From Camelus ferus (taxonomy: Eukaryota): a stretch of 64,000 nt of DNA. Positions 39,105-51,043 of this stretch are shown piece by piece (the first letter of the stretch is position 1; every line of letters starts with the position of its first letter). The translations under genes were made by a program, and so were the position numbers. Below the pieces are notes generated by a model. The model was not told the DNA's origin and did no database searches. It saw only the letters and a list, made by a program, of their open reading frames with translations. Where the stretch lies: positions 103,294,001 through 103,358,000 of the forward strand of contig NC_045696.1 of assembly GCF_009834535.1 (NCBI RefSeq). Direction: 5' to 3'.

Positions 39105-40540
39105 AAAAAATCCAAGATTCATGCTACCTGGTTTTGAGGCTTACTATAAAGCTACGGTATCAAGACAGTATATAGTATTAGGAAAAGAATAGAAATAGAT
39201 CAGTGGAACAAAGTAGAGAGCCCAGAAACAGACCTATTTATATAAACGTATGAGTCAACTGATCTTTGACAAAGGAGGAAAGGCAATTCAACGGAGAAAG
39301 GAGAGTCTTTACAAGAAATGAGACTGGAGTAATTGAAGTCCATGGGCAGAAAAATGAACCTAGACATAAACCTTACACGCTTCACAAAAAGTATCTCAAA
39401 ATGGATCATAGACCTAAATGTAAACATAAAAAGATAAAACTTCTAGAAGAAAGATAGGAGAAAATCTAGGTGATCTTGGGTGTGGCAATGATTTTTAGAT
39501 ACAACAGCAAAACATCTGATAAAGGACTTCGCATAGTTGGACAATTGCTAAGTTTGGGAGTGGTGCACAGAAGTCTGCCTTTACTTCTGACACCAGTTGC
39601 AAATTGAAGGTTCAACAAAACCACCTTTTAGGTTTGCTAATTCTCTAGAAAGACTCATTGAAATTCACTGAAAGTTGCTATACTCATAGTTATGATTTAT
39701 TACAGATTAAAATCAGTCAAGTAAAAAGATACATGGCGCAGAGTCCAGAAAAGTATACTATACGTGGAGTTTCCAGTCGTCCTCCCCATGGAGTCCTGGA
39801 CAGCATTACTTTCCTGGTGTTGATGTTTGACAGCTCACTTGGAGTATTTCCAACCAGAGAAGCTCACATGAGCTTTGGTGTCCAGAGTCCTTATTGAGGT
39901 TTGATCATGTAAACCTGACCAGCTGCTCATGTGGCCATTTTAAATTTCTAGTCCCTCAGGAGGTCAAACTGATACCACATGGCCCAAATGTCCATTGTTG
40001 ATGTGACTCAAAGCCCACCCTAAATTACACTGTTACTCTGTGGCTGGCTCAATGCCCCCCGTTAAAGACACTTTTATCAGACAAGACTTTCCAAGAGTTT
40101 AGAGATTACCCTCCCCCAGGAGCTAAGGGCAAAAACCACACCTCTTTGGGTAAGGGTAAATTCTTTATTAGTTAGACTTGTATCCAGAATATTAAAAGAC
40201 CTCAACAACAAGAAAACAAACTACCTAATTAAAAAGTGGGCAAAAGATCCAAACAAACACCTCACCAATGTATGTATACAGAAGGCATACAAGCGTATGA
40301 AAAGATACTCGATATCTTTTGTAGTTAAGGGATTGCAAATTTAAACAGTTGTGAAACAGTGATAGTGAAATGGTGCTGAACACCTTTTAGAATGGCCAAA
40401 ATCCAAAAAACTGACAATACCAGATTGTTGGCAAGGGTGCAGAGCAACAGGGACTCTCATTCATTGTTAGTAGGAATGCAAAATGGTGCTGGTACTTTGG
40501 GAGACAGTTTGGTAGTTCCTTATAAAGCTAAACAGTTTTC
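39105..40540 (+). mobile_element. L1 ORF2 fragment split by an LTR
   Basis: LPGFEAYYKATV-like translation and atggatcatagacctaaatgtaa. The motif ctgataaaggactt|gtatccagaat is split by the insert. Confidence 0.85.
39530..40174 (-). mobile_element. Solo LTR (MER21-like)
   Basis: cttctgacaccagttgcaa…ctagaaagactca…tatactcatagttatgatttattaca…ctctttgggtaagggtaaattcttta. Flanked by a 5-bp GACTT duplication at 39525-39529 and 40175-40179. Confidence 0.75.
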
Positions 40541-40569
40541 TACAAGAAGTCCTTCTGGATCCCATTACC

Positions 40570-40753
40570 TTTTTTTTTTAATATATTTTTGTTGAGTTAT
40601 AGTCAGTTTACAGTGTTGCATCAGTTTTTGGTGTACAGCACAATACTTCAGTCTTACAGGAATATACATATATTCGTTTTCATATTCTTTTTAACCATAG
40701 TTACTATAATATATTGAATATAGTTCCCTGTGCTATATAGTATAAACTTGTTT
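40570..40753 (-). mobile_element. Very short L1 3' end insertion
   Basis: ttatagtcagtttacagtg…tattgaatatagttccctgtgctata. TSD CCATTACC at 40562-40569 and 40754-40761. Confidence 0.8.
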
Positions 40754-42239
40754 CCATTACCCTTTATATGTCTACTTATGTGATTAATCTGTATATAACC
40801 AACTTCTTGTCTCTGCCACCCTGCTAAGTGAACACCACCCTCCCATTACTTCAACTCTGACACTGGGTACCTTACAAAGAATACCCCTTCTTCTCGAACA
40901 TTCATGGAATGTTTATAGAAGGTAACCATGCTAGAAAACAGGAAAATCTCAGTATAGTCCATATAGTTGAAATTTGATAGACCGTTGTATCTGGCCACAG
41001 TGCAATAAAATTTGGAATTAATTAAAGAAGCCCACTTGTCATTTCTTTCCCCCCAAATAGCTGTTGAATCAAGGCAGAAACCTGAATCTTAATGACCATC
41101 AAAAATAATAATAAATTACAATTTTATATAAATACAGACATACACATATATACAGGATATAGCCTAAGTTGTATATATGCATTTATTATTTTGAAATGAA
41201 ATAAAACAAACAAGATATTCACCTCCCAAAGTTAGCCAATGGTTAGCAAAAGGAGGCATATAATAAAAATAAAACCAAAATTGAACAAAATCAGAAGATA
41301 GAGAAGTATTAAAATGGAAAAATCCAGGTAGATTGCCCATAATAAACTCTAGGAAGTCATTGAGCAAAATGTTGGAATATTAGGAACAGTAGAGAAATAT
41401 TAGAAATATTAGAGGATTTTTTAAATATAGAAATGTTTAACTTTTATCAGATTACCATATAACAGTTATGTTGAAGAATTTGAAAATACTGGTAAAAATT
41501 ATTTGGTGGAAAATAAAAATTACCAAAATTGATTTTTAAAAAGTAAAAAGTTTGTGAAGTCAGTAGAAATAGAAAATGTTGTCTAAAAAAAAATCACTTA
41601 AAAAAAAAAACAAACTCTATTCTTGACAGTTTATGGGCAAACTTTTTCTTGTTTCTGTGAATAGATAATTCAGGCAATAAAACATGAAAAGTATAAAACC
41701 AAAGGCTTCCCAGTACATGGAACAAAACTGATTTAACTCATAAGTAAAATTGAATGGTACAGAAGGTTATAAAACAATCACATAACTGTAGAAACAAAAA
41801 AACCTAAGTACTAACTAATAAAATTAACATTATATCAAGAGAACTATATATCATGAACCAAGTAGAATTTGCCTGAAGAAATGTAAGGATGGTTGATTTA
41901 ATATTAAGAAATTACCAATAATATATTTACATAGGTAGATTAAAGAGGAACCATATTTTTGTCTGAAATACTTTTCAGCCTACATTTAAAAAAATTTGGT
42001 CACTTAAAAAAAATCTTACAAAATAGAACTTAAAAATACTTATAAATGTGTATTTTTAAAAGTCATTATTAGCCAGTACTGTATTTAATACATTTCCATT
42101 AGAAACATTCTCATTTAAAATAGGAACAAGATAAGGAGGTCCATTAGCACCACTATTATTTGTTTGATTTTCTGTTGTTTTTTAAAGTCAGATTCATTGA
42201 AGTATAATCTATGTGCAGTAAAGTTTACTATTATTTGGT

Positions 42240-43890
42240 ATTTTTTGTATGTTGTATATTTTGGGCAAATCTTGCTAAACTCATTAGTTTATTAAAATTT
42301 ATTACTTTTGATAGCTTTTTTGTAAATTCATTTGGATTATCTGTGCCAACCAGCATTCTTTGATAGATCCCATTTGCTCATCATGTATTACTCTTTTTTT
42401 AATCTGTTGTTAGATTCAGTTTGCTAATATTTTGTTAAGAAATTTTTTTATGGTGGTAAAATATACATAACATAAAATTTACTGTTTTAACCATTTTCTC
42501 CAGTGTATAATTTGATGGCTTTAAGTAGTCATTATTGTTGTGCAACTATCACCATTATCCATCTGCAGAACTTTTTCATCATCTCAAAATGAAACTCTGT
42601 AAACAATTGAACAATAATTCCCTATTCCCCTTCCTCTAGCCAGTGGTAACCGCTGTCTCTGAATTTGACTATCTAGGTACCTTATATAAGTGCAAACATT
42701 CATTATTTGTTGTTTTTTTTTTTTTTTTGTATCTGGCATATTGCACTTAGCATAATGTTTTCAAGGTTCATCCATGTCATGGCATGTGTCAGAATTTCAT
42801 TCCTTTTTAAGGTTTGTTAAGTTTTTTTGCAACTATTTTCATGAAGGATATTGGTTTGAAATTTTCTTATATATAATTTCTTTGTCTAGTTTTGCTATCG
42901 GGTTATGCTGGCCTTATCAAATGAGTTGATAAGCGTTTTCTACTATTCTGTTTTCTGAAAGAGTTTGTATAGTGTTAGATTAGTTTTACTATAAATATTT
43001 GGTAGAAATTGCTATTGAAGCCATGTAGGCCTGGAGTTTTCTTTTTCAAGAGGTTTTAAACTGTAAATACAATTTCTGTGATAGGTATAGGGCTATTTTG
43101 GTTGTCTGCTTTTCCTTGGCAGAGCTCTGGTAGTTTGTATCTGTCAATGATTTTGAAATTGTGTTGTTTAGTTTCTAAATATTTGGGGATTTTCCAGAGA
43201 TTATTCTGTTACTGATTTTTAATTCAATAATACTGTGATCAGAGAATATCCTTTAGGGATTATTTAAATTGTCCCACAGTTTTGAAGTTTGCTTCAAGAT
43301 TTATTGTGTGCTCTGTCTTAGTAAATGTTCCAAGCACACTGAAAAGAACATGGATTTTGCTGATGCTGAAGGGAGTGTTCTATAAATATCAGTGATGTCA
43401 AGTTGATTGCTGGTGGTGTTCAGATTTTCTATGTCCTTTCTGTCTGCTTGTTCTGTTGATTACTAAGAGAGGAATGTTGGTCTCCAATTATGATGTTGAT
43501 TTCTCTATTTCTCCTTTAAGTTCTATCAATTTTTCCTGCATATATTTTGGAACTCTGTCATTGGGTACATCTACATTTAGGACTGTTATGTGTTATTTTG
43601 TTCATTTGTTTGTGGTATTTTCTTTTATCATTATATAATACCTGTCTTTATCCCTGGTAACATTCCTTGTTCTAGGAATCTCTAGATTTTAATTCGAGTC
43701 TCTAGATAATTTGTATTTAAGGTAATTATTGATATGGTTGGATTTAAATATGCTGTAGTGCTTATTTTCTTCTCTATGTCCCATCTGTTTCCTGTTCTGA
43801 TTCTTTCTCTTTCTTGACTTATTTTGAATAAATTGAATATTTTTTTCTGATTCTATTTTATTTACATTCTATCTTTGCTTATTTGTTATA
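42240..43890 (-). mobile_element. Old L1 ORF2 fragments with a nested L1MB-like 3' end (~42445-42812)
   Basis: ttcagtttgctaatattttgttaag…[ggtaaaatatacataacataaaattt…]…tatgctggccttatcaaatgagttg…gaagccatgtaggcctggag. Confidence 0.7.
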
Positions 43891-43899
43891 CTTATTTTT

Positions 43900-44070
43900 A
43901 AGGTTTTGTTTTGTTATATTCATATGTTTATTTTTTAGGTTCTACATATACGTGATACAAAGATTTGCTTTTCTCTGTCTGACTTATTTCACTAAGCATG
44001 ATACCCTCCAGGTCTATCCATGTTGTTGTAAATGGCAAAATTTCCTTTTTTTATGGCTGAGTAGCATTCC

Positions 44071-44134
<64 letters not shown>

Positions 44135-46035
44135 ACGTCTTCTTTATCCATTCATCTATTGATGGACACTTAGACTGCTTCCATTATCTTGCCTATTATA
44201 AATAATACTGCTATGAACATTGGGGTGCATGTATCTTTTAGAATTGCTGTTTTCATTTTCTTTGGATATATACCCAGGAGTGGAATTACTGGATCATATG
44301 GTAATTCCATTTTTAGTGTTGTGAAACCTCCATACTGTTTTCTATAGTGGCTGCACCAATTTACATCCCCACCACCAGCAGTGAGTGAGGGTTCCTCTTC
44401 TCCATATCCTCATCAGCATTTGTCATTTATGGTCTTTTTGATCATAGCCATTCTGGCAGGTATGAGGTGATATCTCATTGTGGTTTTGAGTGTATTTCTC
44501 TAGTGGTTAGTGATTCTGAGCATCTTTTCATGTGACTGTTGTCCATCTGTGTGTCTTCTTTGGAAAAATGTCTTTTCAGGTTTTCTGCACATTTTTGATT
44601 TTTTTTTTTTGATATCGAGTTGTATGAGTTGTTTATGTATTTTTGAGTTTTAACCCCTTATCAGTCATATCACTTACAAATATTTTCTCCTATTCAGTGG
44701 ATTGTTTTTTCGTTTTTTTGATGGTTTCCTTTGCTGTGCAAAACCTTCTGTTTTATTAGGTCCCATTTGTTTATTTTTGCTTTTGTTTCCTTTGCCTTAG
44801 GAGACAGATCTGAAAAAATACTGCTACGATTCATGTCAGAAGTGTTCTGCCTATATTTTCTTTTAGGAGTTTTATGGTTTTAGGTCCTACATTTAGGTCT
44901 TTAATCCATTTTGAGTTTATTTTTGTGTACAGTATAAGAAAATGTTCTAATTTCATTCTTTTACATGTAGCTGTCCAGTTTTCCCAGCACCACTTATTGA
45001 AGAGTCAATCTTTTCCCCATTATGTATTTGTGCCTTCTTTGTTTTAGATTAATTGACCATAAGTACATGAGTTTATTTTGGGACTCTCTATTCTGTTCCA
45101 TTGATCTATGTATCTGTTTTTGTGTCAGTACCATACTTTAAAAAAAAAAAAGTACCATACAGTTTTGATTACTGTAGCTTTGTTGTATCGTCTGATACTA
45201 CCAGCTCTGTTCTTCTTTTTCAAGATTGCTTTGGCTGTTCAGGGTCTTTTAGATTATTTGTTCTAGTTCTGCAAAAAATGCCATGGGTATTTTGAGAGGG
45301 AGTGTATTTAATCTGTAGATTGCCTTGGGTAGTTGGTCATTTTAACAATATTAATTTTTCCGGTCTATGAACGTGGTGTATCTCTCCATCTGTTTGTGTC
45401 ATCTTCAATTTCTTTAATCAGTGTTGTATAATTTTCCAAGTACAGGTCTTTTACCTTCTTAGTTAAGTTTATTCCTAGATACTTTGTTGTTTTTTGATGC
45501 AATGATAAATGGGTTTGTTTCATAATTTCTCTTTCTGATAGTTCATTATTGATGTTTAGAAATGCAACAGATTACTGTGTATTAATTTCATATCCTGTAA
45601 CTTTACCAAATTCATTCATAAGTTCAAATAGTTTTTTGATGGAGACTTCAGTATTTTCTGTGTATGTCATGGCATCTGCAGACAGTGACAGTTTTACTTC
45701 TTCCTTTCCAATTTGGCTTCCTTTTATTTTGTTCTTTGTCTGATTCCTCTGGCTAGGACTTAATATTATGTTAAATAGAAATGGCAAGAGTGAAGTGGCA
45801 AGAACAAGTGTGTCTTGTTCCTGATCTTAGAGGAAATGCTTTTAGCTTTTCACCGTTGACTATGTTATTAGCTGTGGATTTGTTATATATGGCCTTTATT
45901 ATGTTGAGATCTGTTCCCTCTATAATCATTTTAATGAGAGTTTTTATTGTGAATGAATGTTGAGTTTTGTCAAAAGTTTTTTCTGCATCTATGGGGATGA
46001 TCATATGATTTTTATTCTTCGATTTGTTAATGTGG
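43900..46035 (-). mobile_element. L1 (ORF2 RT to C-terminus, about 2.1 kb)
   Basis: The ORF at 45771-46088(-) has [19 protein letters not shown]…[30 protein letters not shown]. The ORF at 45572-45787(-) has IGKEEVKLSLSADAM, a degenerate FADDM RT motif. Confidence 0.93.
44073..44130. repeat. (TG)29 microsatellite inside L1
   Basis: Read directly. Confidence 0.95.
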
Positions 46036-47029
46036 TTTGCTTTAGGGTTTACCGTGTGCATCTTTATGTTGTCACAATCTACCTTCAAAGAATGTTATAT
46101 AACATACTATGTTATGTTTCCATTTCCTGTCTTCTTTTTGTGCTTATTAGCATATATTTTATTTTTACATAGTTATAAATCCTATAATACATTATTAGTA
46201 TTCTGGTTTAGACTCTCAATTATCTTTTCAAATGATTAAAGATTAAATATAGGAAAAATTTTTCCTTCCAGTCTAATAATGAGAAAGTTGAAATAGTTAA
46301 ATTTAAGCCCCTGTCTGATACTTCCAACCTCCAGGTCATATGTGAGTCTATTTCTATTGGTTGTTCTATCTTTTGCAATGAGTTTTTTTTCCTTCTGTGT
46401 GTGTTTTACAATTTTAATTTAAAGCCAGACATCTTGTATAGAAGAATGGCAGAGATTGACGTAAATAGTATTTATACCTGGAAATGGGCACACTTCTTCT
46501 GTTAGGCCATTTGTCTGTAGAAGATGAGTCAGTTAGTTGAGCTGGATGTGGGTTTTGGATGGTCCCGTGATTGTATTTAGTGTACCTCAGAGGAAGAAAG
46601 ACATTGAACCTTTAAGAAAACTCTTGGTCTTTAGAAAGGGGAAATGATCCTGAATATTGCATGGTGCTCATTACTAGGGTTTGTCTTATAGCCAGACCTG
46701 TTCAAGTCATGTGTGAATCCTATGAGAATAGGGTGGTATATGCTTTTATGAAAACAACAAAACAGTTTTCTTTTAAATAGAATTTAACAGGAATCATCTC
46801 ATTAAGTTACAAGCAGTGCTGCTTATGTGTATCTTTTATAAGATAAACTAGTAGGAAGCAAAATTTCTTCCTTATTTCAAAAAAGGAAGAACTTGAAGCT
46901 TTGGCATCTTAGGGATGCCCCGTGTTTCTGCAGAGGAAGAGAGAGATGGTCTGTGCCTAGTGGCAGCAGCATTACTCAGCAATACTTACTGGCAATGAGC
47001 CTTTAATGAGGCCATGTAAAAAGACTTGG

Positions 47030-47185
47030 TGGTGTTTCTCTAGCTTAGATACACATTGGAATCACCTGAGACCTTTAGAACTCTGCTTCCCACCTGAGAT
47101 GCCGATGGAGTTGGTTTGAGATGTGACTTGGACATGAGATTTTAAAGGTTCCCAGCTGATTCTAATGTGCAGAAGACTAAGGATC
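47030..47185. mobile_element. MER5A-like hAT MITE
   Basis: cacattggaatcacctg…ttttaaaggttcccagctgattctaatgtgcag. Confidence 0.7.
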
Positions 47186-47489
47186 CTTCCTCTGAAGGCT
47201 CACAGAAACCCTGTGGGCTGTTGGAGACTTTGGAAGATCTGGAAGATTTACATTAGCAGTTGGAGGAAATATCAGTGATATTGAAATTACTATCATTGCT
47301 GTGATATACAGAAAAAGCAATTGTTTTACTAGGTACTAAGAAGCGTAAAAGACAGCTCGACAAAGGAAAATCATCCAGTATTCCTGGAAGAGAAAAATAA
47401 ATATTTCAAAGTTGACAGTTCTTTCCAAAGCAAATAAAAATGATGTAATGCTATTTCAACTAAATATTATTAGAGTTTTTAAAAGCCAG

Positions 47490-47965
47490 TAATGTCACCT
47501 ACCAGTTGGATCTCGGTTTCTAATACTATTCTCCAATAAAAGGATCCAAGGCTCCTTGGAAAACTGGCTAATCTGGGTTTGGGCAGGAAATAGCTAAATC
47601 AACCTGGAGTGTCTTTCTAGTACCAGAAAGTAAGGAAATGTTGAGAAAGAAGAAAAAGGTGGCGCATGCCAAAGCAACACAGAAGCCAACCTGAAAAAGA
47701 TCCCAATGGCCAAAACTGGAGCAGTTTGAGCGACAAAGTAAATAACGTAATGTTGGATTTTAACCTAAAGTATAAAATAAAAATACACAGGTACGTACTC
47801 ATGTATATAAGTGACTGAATAAATAAGTTGGGGAGAAGAGAGAATTATTCCATACAGAATTCCAAATGATTTATGTAGTTACTCCCCACTCAAGGAGGTA
47901 GAGCTTAAACCCTCCAACCCTTCCTTGAGTGTGGGCTGCATTTTTTGCTGTGCTTCCAAAGAGTA
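47490..47965 (+). mobile_element. L1MC-like 3' region
   Basis: tagtaccagaaagtaagg…cccaatggccaaaactggagcagtttgag…tactccccactcaaggagg. Confidence 0.7.
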
Positions 47966-49344
47966 ACTTATGTCAGCTAAAGGTAATGCAAATAAATAAA
48001 TTAAATATTGGCATTACAGGAAAAAACTGGGCTGCAGAAGGGGAAGTTCACAGAAGAAGTGCAGATGGCTCATGAAAATATGAGTGTGTATTTAATTAGC
48101 CAGTAATCAAAATGCACATTTAAATGATGAAAGTCCATGTTTGCCAGTCACATTAGCAAAGTGATTTTTTTGTTAATACTTTGGGGAGGTAGAGGAGAGT
48201 ATGGGAATTCATGGAGGGATACAATCTCTTTAGAGGATAATTTGCTTAGTACCTATGAAAAAAATCTTTAAAATATGCAAACCCCTAACTCAGCATTTTC
48301 TCTTCTGTGGGTTTCTCCTAAAAACTAAAAGAAAGATCTGTGGGAAGATTTTAGCAAAGTGTGTTCACCACGACATTGTTGATAAGAATGCAACACTGTA
48401 AACAGTGTGATAAATAACTGAGTATATTGTGACATTCTTGTCTGGGGGTATTCTACAGATATTATAAACTGAACAATTTATTAAGTTCAAAACGTTACAC
48501 CAGCATGTATAGTATGATTCCTCCCCAACTCCCCCTTTTTTTGGAAAAAAGGTAAATATGTAGCATAGAAAAGGACTTGATATATGTGTGTAAGACATTA
48601 ATTACAACTGTTTCTGGGTGTTTGAATTATAGGTGATTTTTACTTTCTCCTATATGCATTTATATATTTTGTAATATTTCTGTAATGTGCATGTGTAGTA
48701 TTTTGTTCATCATGTAAATAGCTATTTAAAAGCAAAATCATCTTCTATCAAGTTAATAAGATTTTTTTCTTAAACTTATGACCTGTGTTGAAAGGTAAGA
48801 AAAGTTGGTGTCTTCATTTCATATCAACTTCTTACTCCGTTTATTCTTCTTACCCACTTCTGTTACGAGGGTGAAGCAGCACAAGCACTCTGGGGAGCAA
48901 ATTGGTAACACCTGTCAGTCTGCTCAAAGACATTTATGTTCTTTCACCCAGTAGAAGCCCTTCTGAGAGTTTGTCATTAGAGAAGAATAAGAGATTTGAG
49001 TGTAGAAGTGCCTTTTCCATAACTGTTTATAATTGCAAAATAGGGAGATTGTGTAAATATCCATTTATGGGGAGATAAACTATGACACATCCATACAGTG
49101 GAGTATGAGACATTCATGATAGTGTTTAGAGAATATTTATTGAGGTCTGATGATCTTCATGCTCCTTTTTAGTCTTCTGCTCAGAGTGGCATTCATAATC
49201 CTGATTTTTTTTTTAGATACCTGGAGTAAAAAATTTATTGATAGCTGCAACGTATCGTTTTATAGATGAGGAAACAGAAACCTAAAAATGTTAAATAAGG
49301 TGCCCAATTCACATGGCTAGTAAGTGGCTGAAGTACGACTTTTC

Positions 49345-49695
49345 TTTTTTTAATTGAAGTGTAGTTGACATACGGTAGTGTGTTAGTTTCAGGTGTAGTA
49401 CATAGTGACCTGATATTTGCATACATTATGAAATGATCACCGTGATAATTCTAGCAACCATCTGTCCCCATGCAAAGTTACTATGATATAATTGAGCACG
49501 TCCCTTATGCTGTATATTACATGTCTGTGGCTTATTTATTTTATAACTAGAGGCTTTGTAGCTCTTAACCCCTTTCGTCTATTTCATGCCCCCCACCCCA
49601 ACCCCTCCTTTTTGGCCACCACCCGTTTGTTCTCTTGTATCTATGAGTCTGTTTTCCGTTTGTTGTGTTTGTTTGTTTTGTTTTTTAGATTCCAG
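49345..49695 (-). mobile_element. L1 3'UTR (L1MA9/artiodactyl-like), next to a MIR fragment
   Basis: taattgaagtgtagttgacatac…ttagtttcaggtgta…atctatgagtctgttt…tttttagattcca. Confidence 0.8.
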
Positions 49696-50304
49696 ATGGT
49701 CCTAATTCTTTCCCTGTGTTCTTTGCTTTAGCCCCAGAGAAGACAGTAAGAAGTGGGTTCTTTCTATTTTGTGTAAATAATCAAAATTAGTAAATTACTT
49801 TTTCCCCGAAACTTTCCCTTATGTATATTTTATTTGTCTCCTTCAGTTTCAGTTTATTTAGCTTTACTTTTAGTTATGGGTGTTCTGTGAGCCTTTTCAT
49901 GGTTCTGTTCTGCATGAAATGCTCTTTCTTCTCCTTGTTTTTATCACTGCTGACACCTCCTCATCTTCCAGATTGCAGCTTAAATCTCACTTCCCTCAGG
50001 GAAATCTTCCTGGACTACCTTGTCTAAAAGAGCTACATGTAATACGCCTTCCCAGCTCTCTAAGGTCCACTCTAATGCTTCTTTCGTAGCAATGAACACA
50101 ACTGATATTTTTGTGTGTGTTTGCTTGTTTATAGTGTTTCCTCCAGTAGACTGTGACTTCCTGACACTTTTCCTTCACCGGTGTATTTTTAGGTCCCCTT
50201 CTTATGGCTAGCATGTTATAAAAAGTTTGTAAATGTGTGTAGACTGAACCAACAAACTTGATTTTACAGCTTTGACAACAGCTCATTAAGAATTCATCAT
50301 ATAG

Positions 50305-50665
50305 GATCACTGGTTGCCCGGAGGGTAGGGGTGGAGACGGGTGAATAGGTGGAGCGCCTAGGATTTTTAGGGCTTTCAAAATAGTCTGTATGATACTATG
50401 ATGATGGATACCTGTCATTATACATTTGGTCCAAACCTACAGAATACACAACACAAAAGCAAACCGTAGCACGAACTACAGACTTTGAGTGATTATGGTG
50501 CATCAGTGTAGGTTGATCAGTTGTTACAACTGTACCACTCAGATGGGGGAGGCTATGCATGTGTCAGGGCAGGAGGGATATAGGAAACCTCTGCACCTTC
50601 TCTTTAATCTTGCTGTGAACTTAAAACTGCTCCAGAAAACAAAGTCCTAATAAATGGGGGGAAAA
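50305..50665 (+). mobile_element. L1MC1/2-like 3' end with long TSD
   Basis: ggatttttagggc…ctgtatgatactatgatgatggatacctgtcattatacattt. TSD AAGAATTCATCAT(A/G)TAG at 50288-50304 and 50666-50682. Confidence 0.8.
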
Positions 50666-51043
50666 AAGAATTCATCATGTAGTTTAATTAAGAGTTATTA
50701 TATCTTAGATTGTACCAATGTTATTCTTGCACCACATATTTAATTTATATTAGCTAGATTGGTCTTAATATGTTAATGTATTTTATGTGGGAATTTAGAG
50801 GAAGTAAGTTAGGTTAGACTCAAGGGGTACGAGAAGCTCTTAAGAGTGGAGGTGAACTCTTACGGGTGGCTGAGGAGTGCGAGACTTTGAAGAGGGAAAA
50901 GATGTTTTGGACAAGAGTGTTGTATACTTTTTAAAAATAGACTTTACTTTTATTTTTTTAAGCACAGTTTTAGGTACACAGCACAATTGAGCACAAGGTA
51001 CAGATATTTCCCATGTACCCTCTGTCACCACTCCTACAAGAGT

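Noticed and set aside
43900..46088. Reverse-transcriptase-like ORFs as an active or domesticated RT system
   Set aside because: They are fragmented by stops and frameshifts and the catalytic FADD is degenerate (SADA). This is an ordinary truncated L1.
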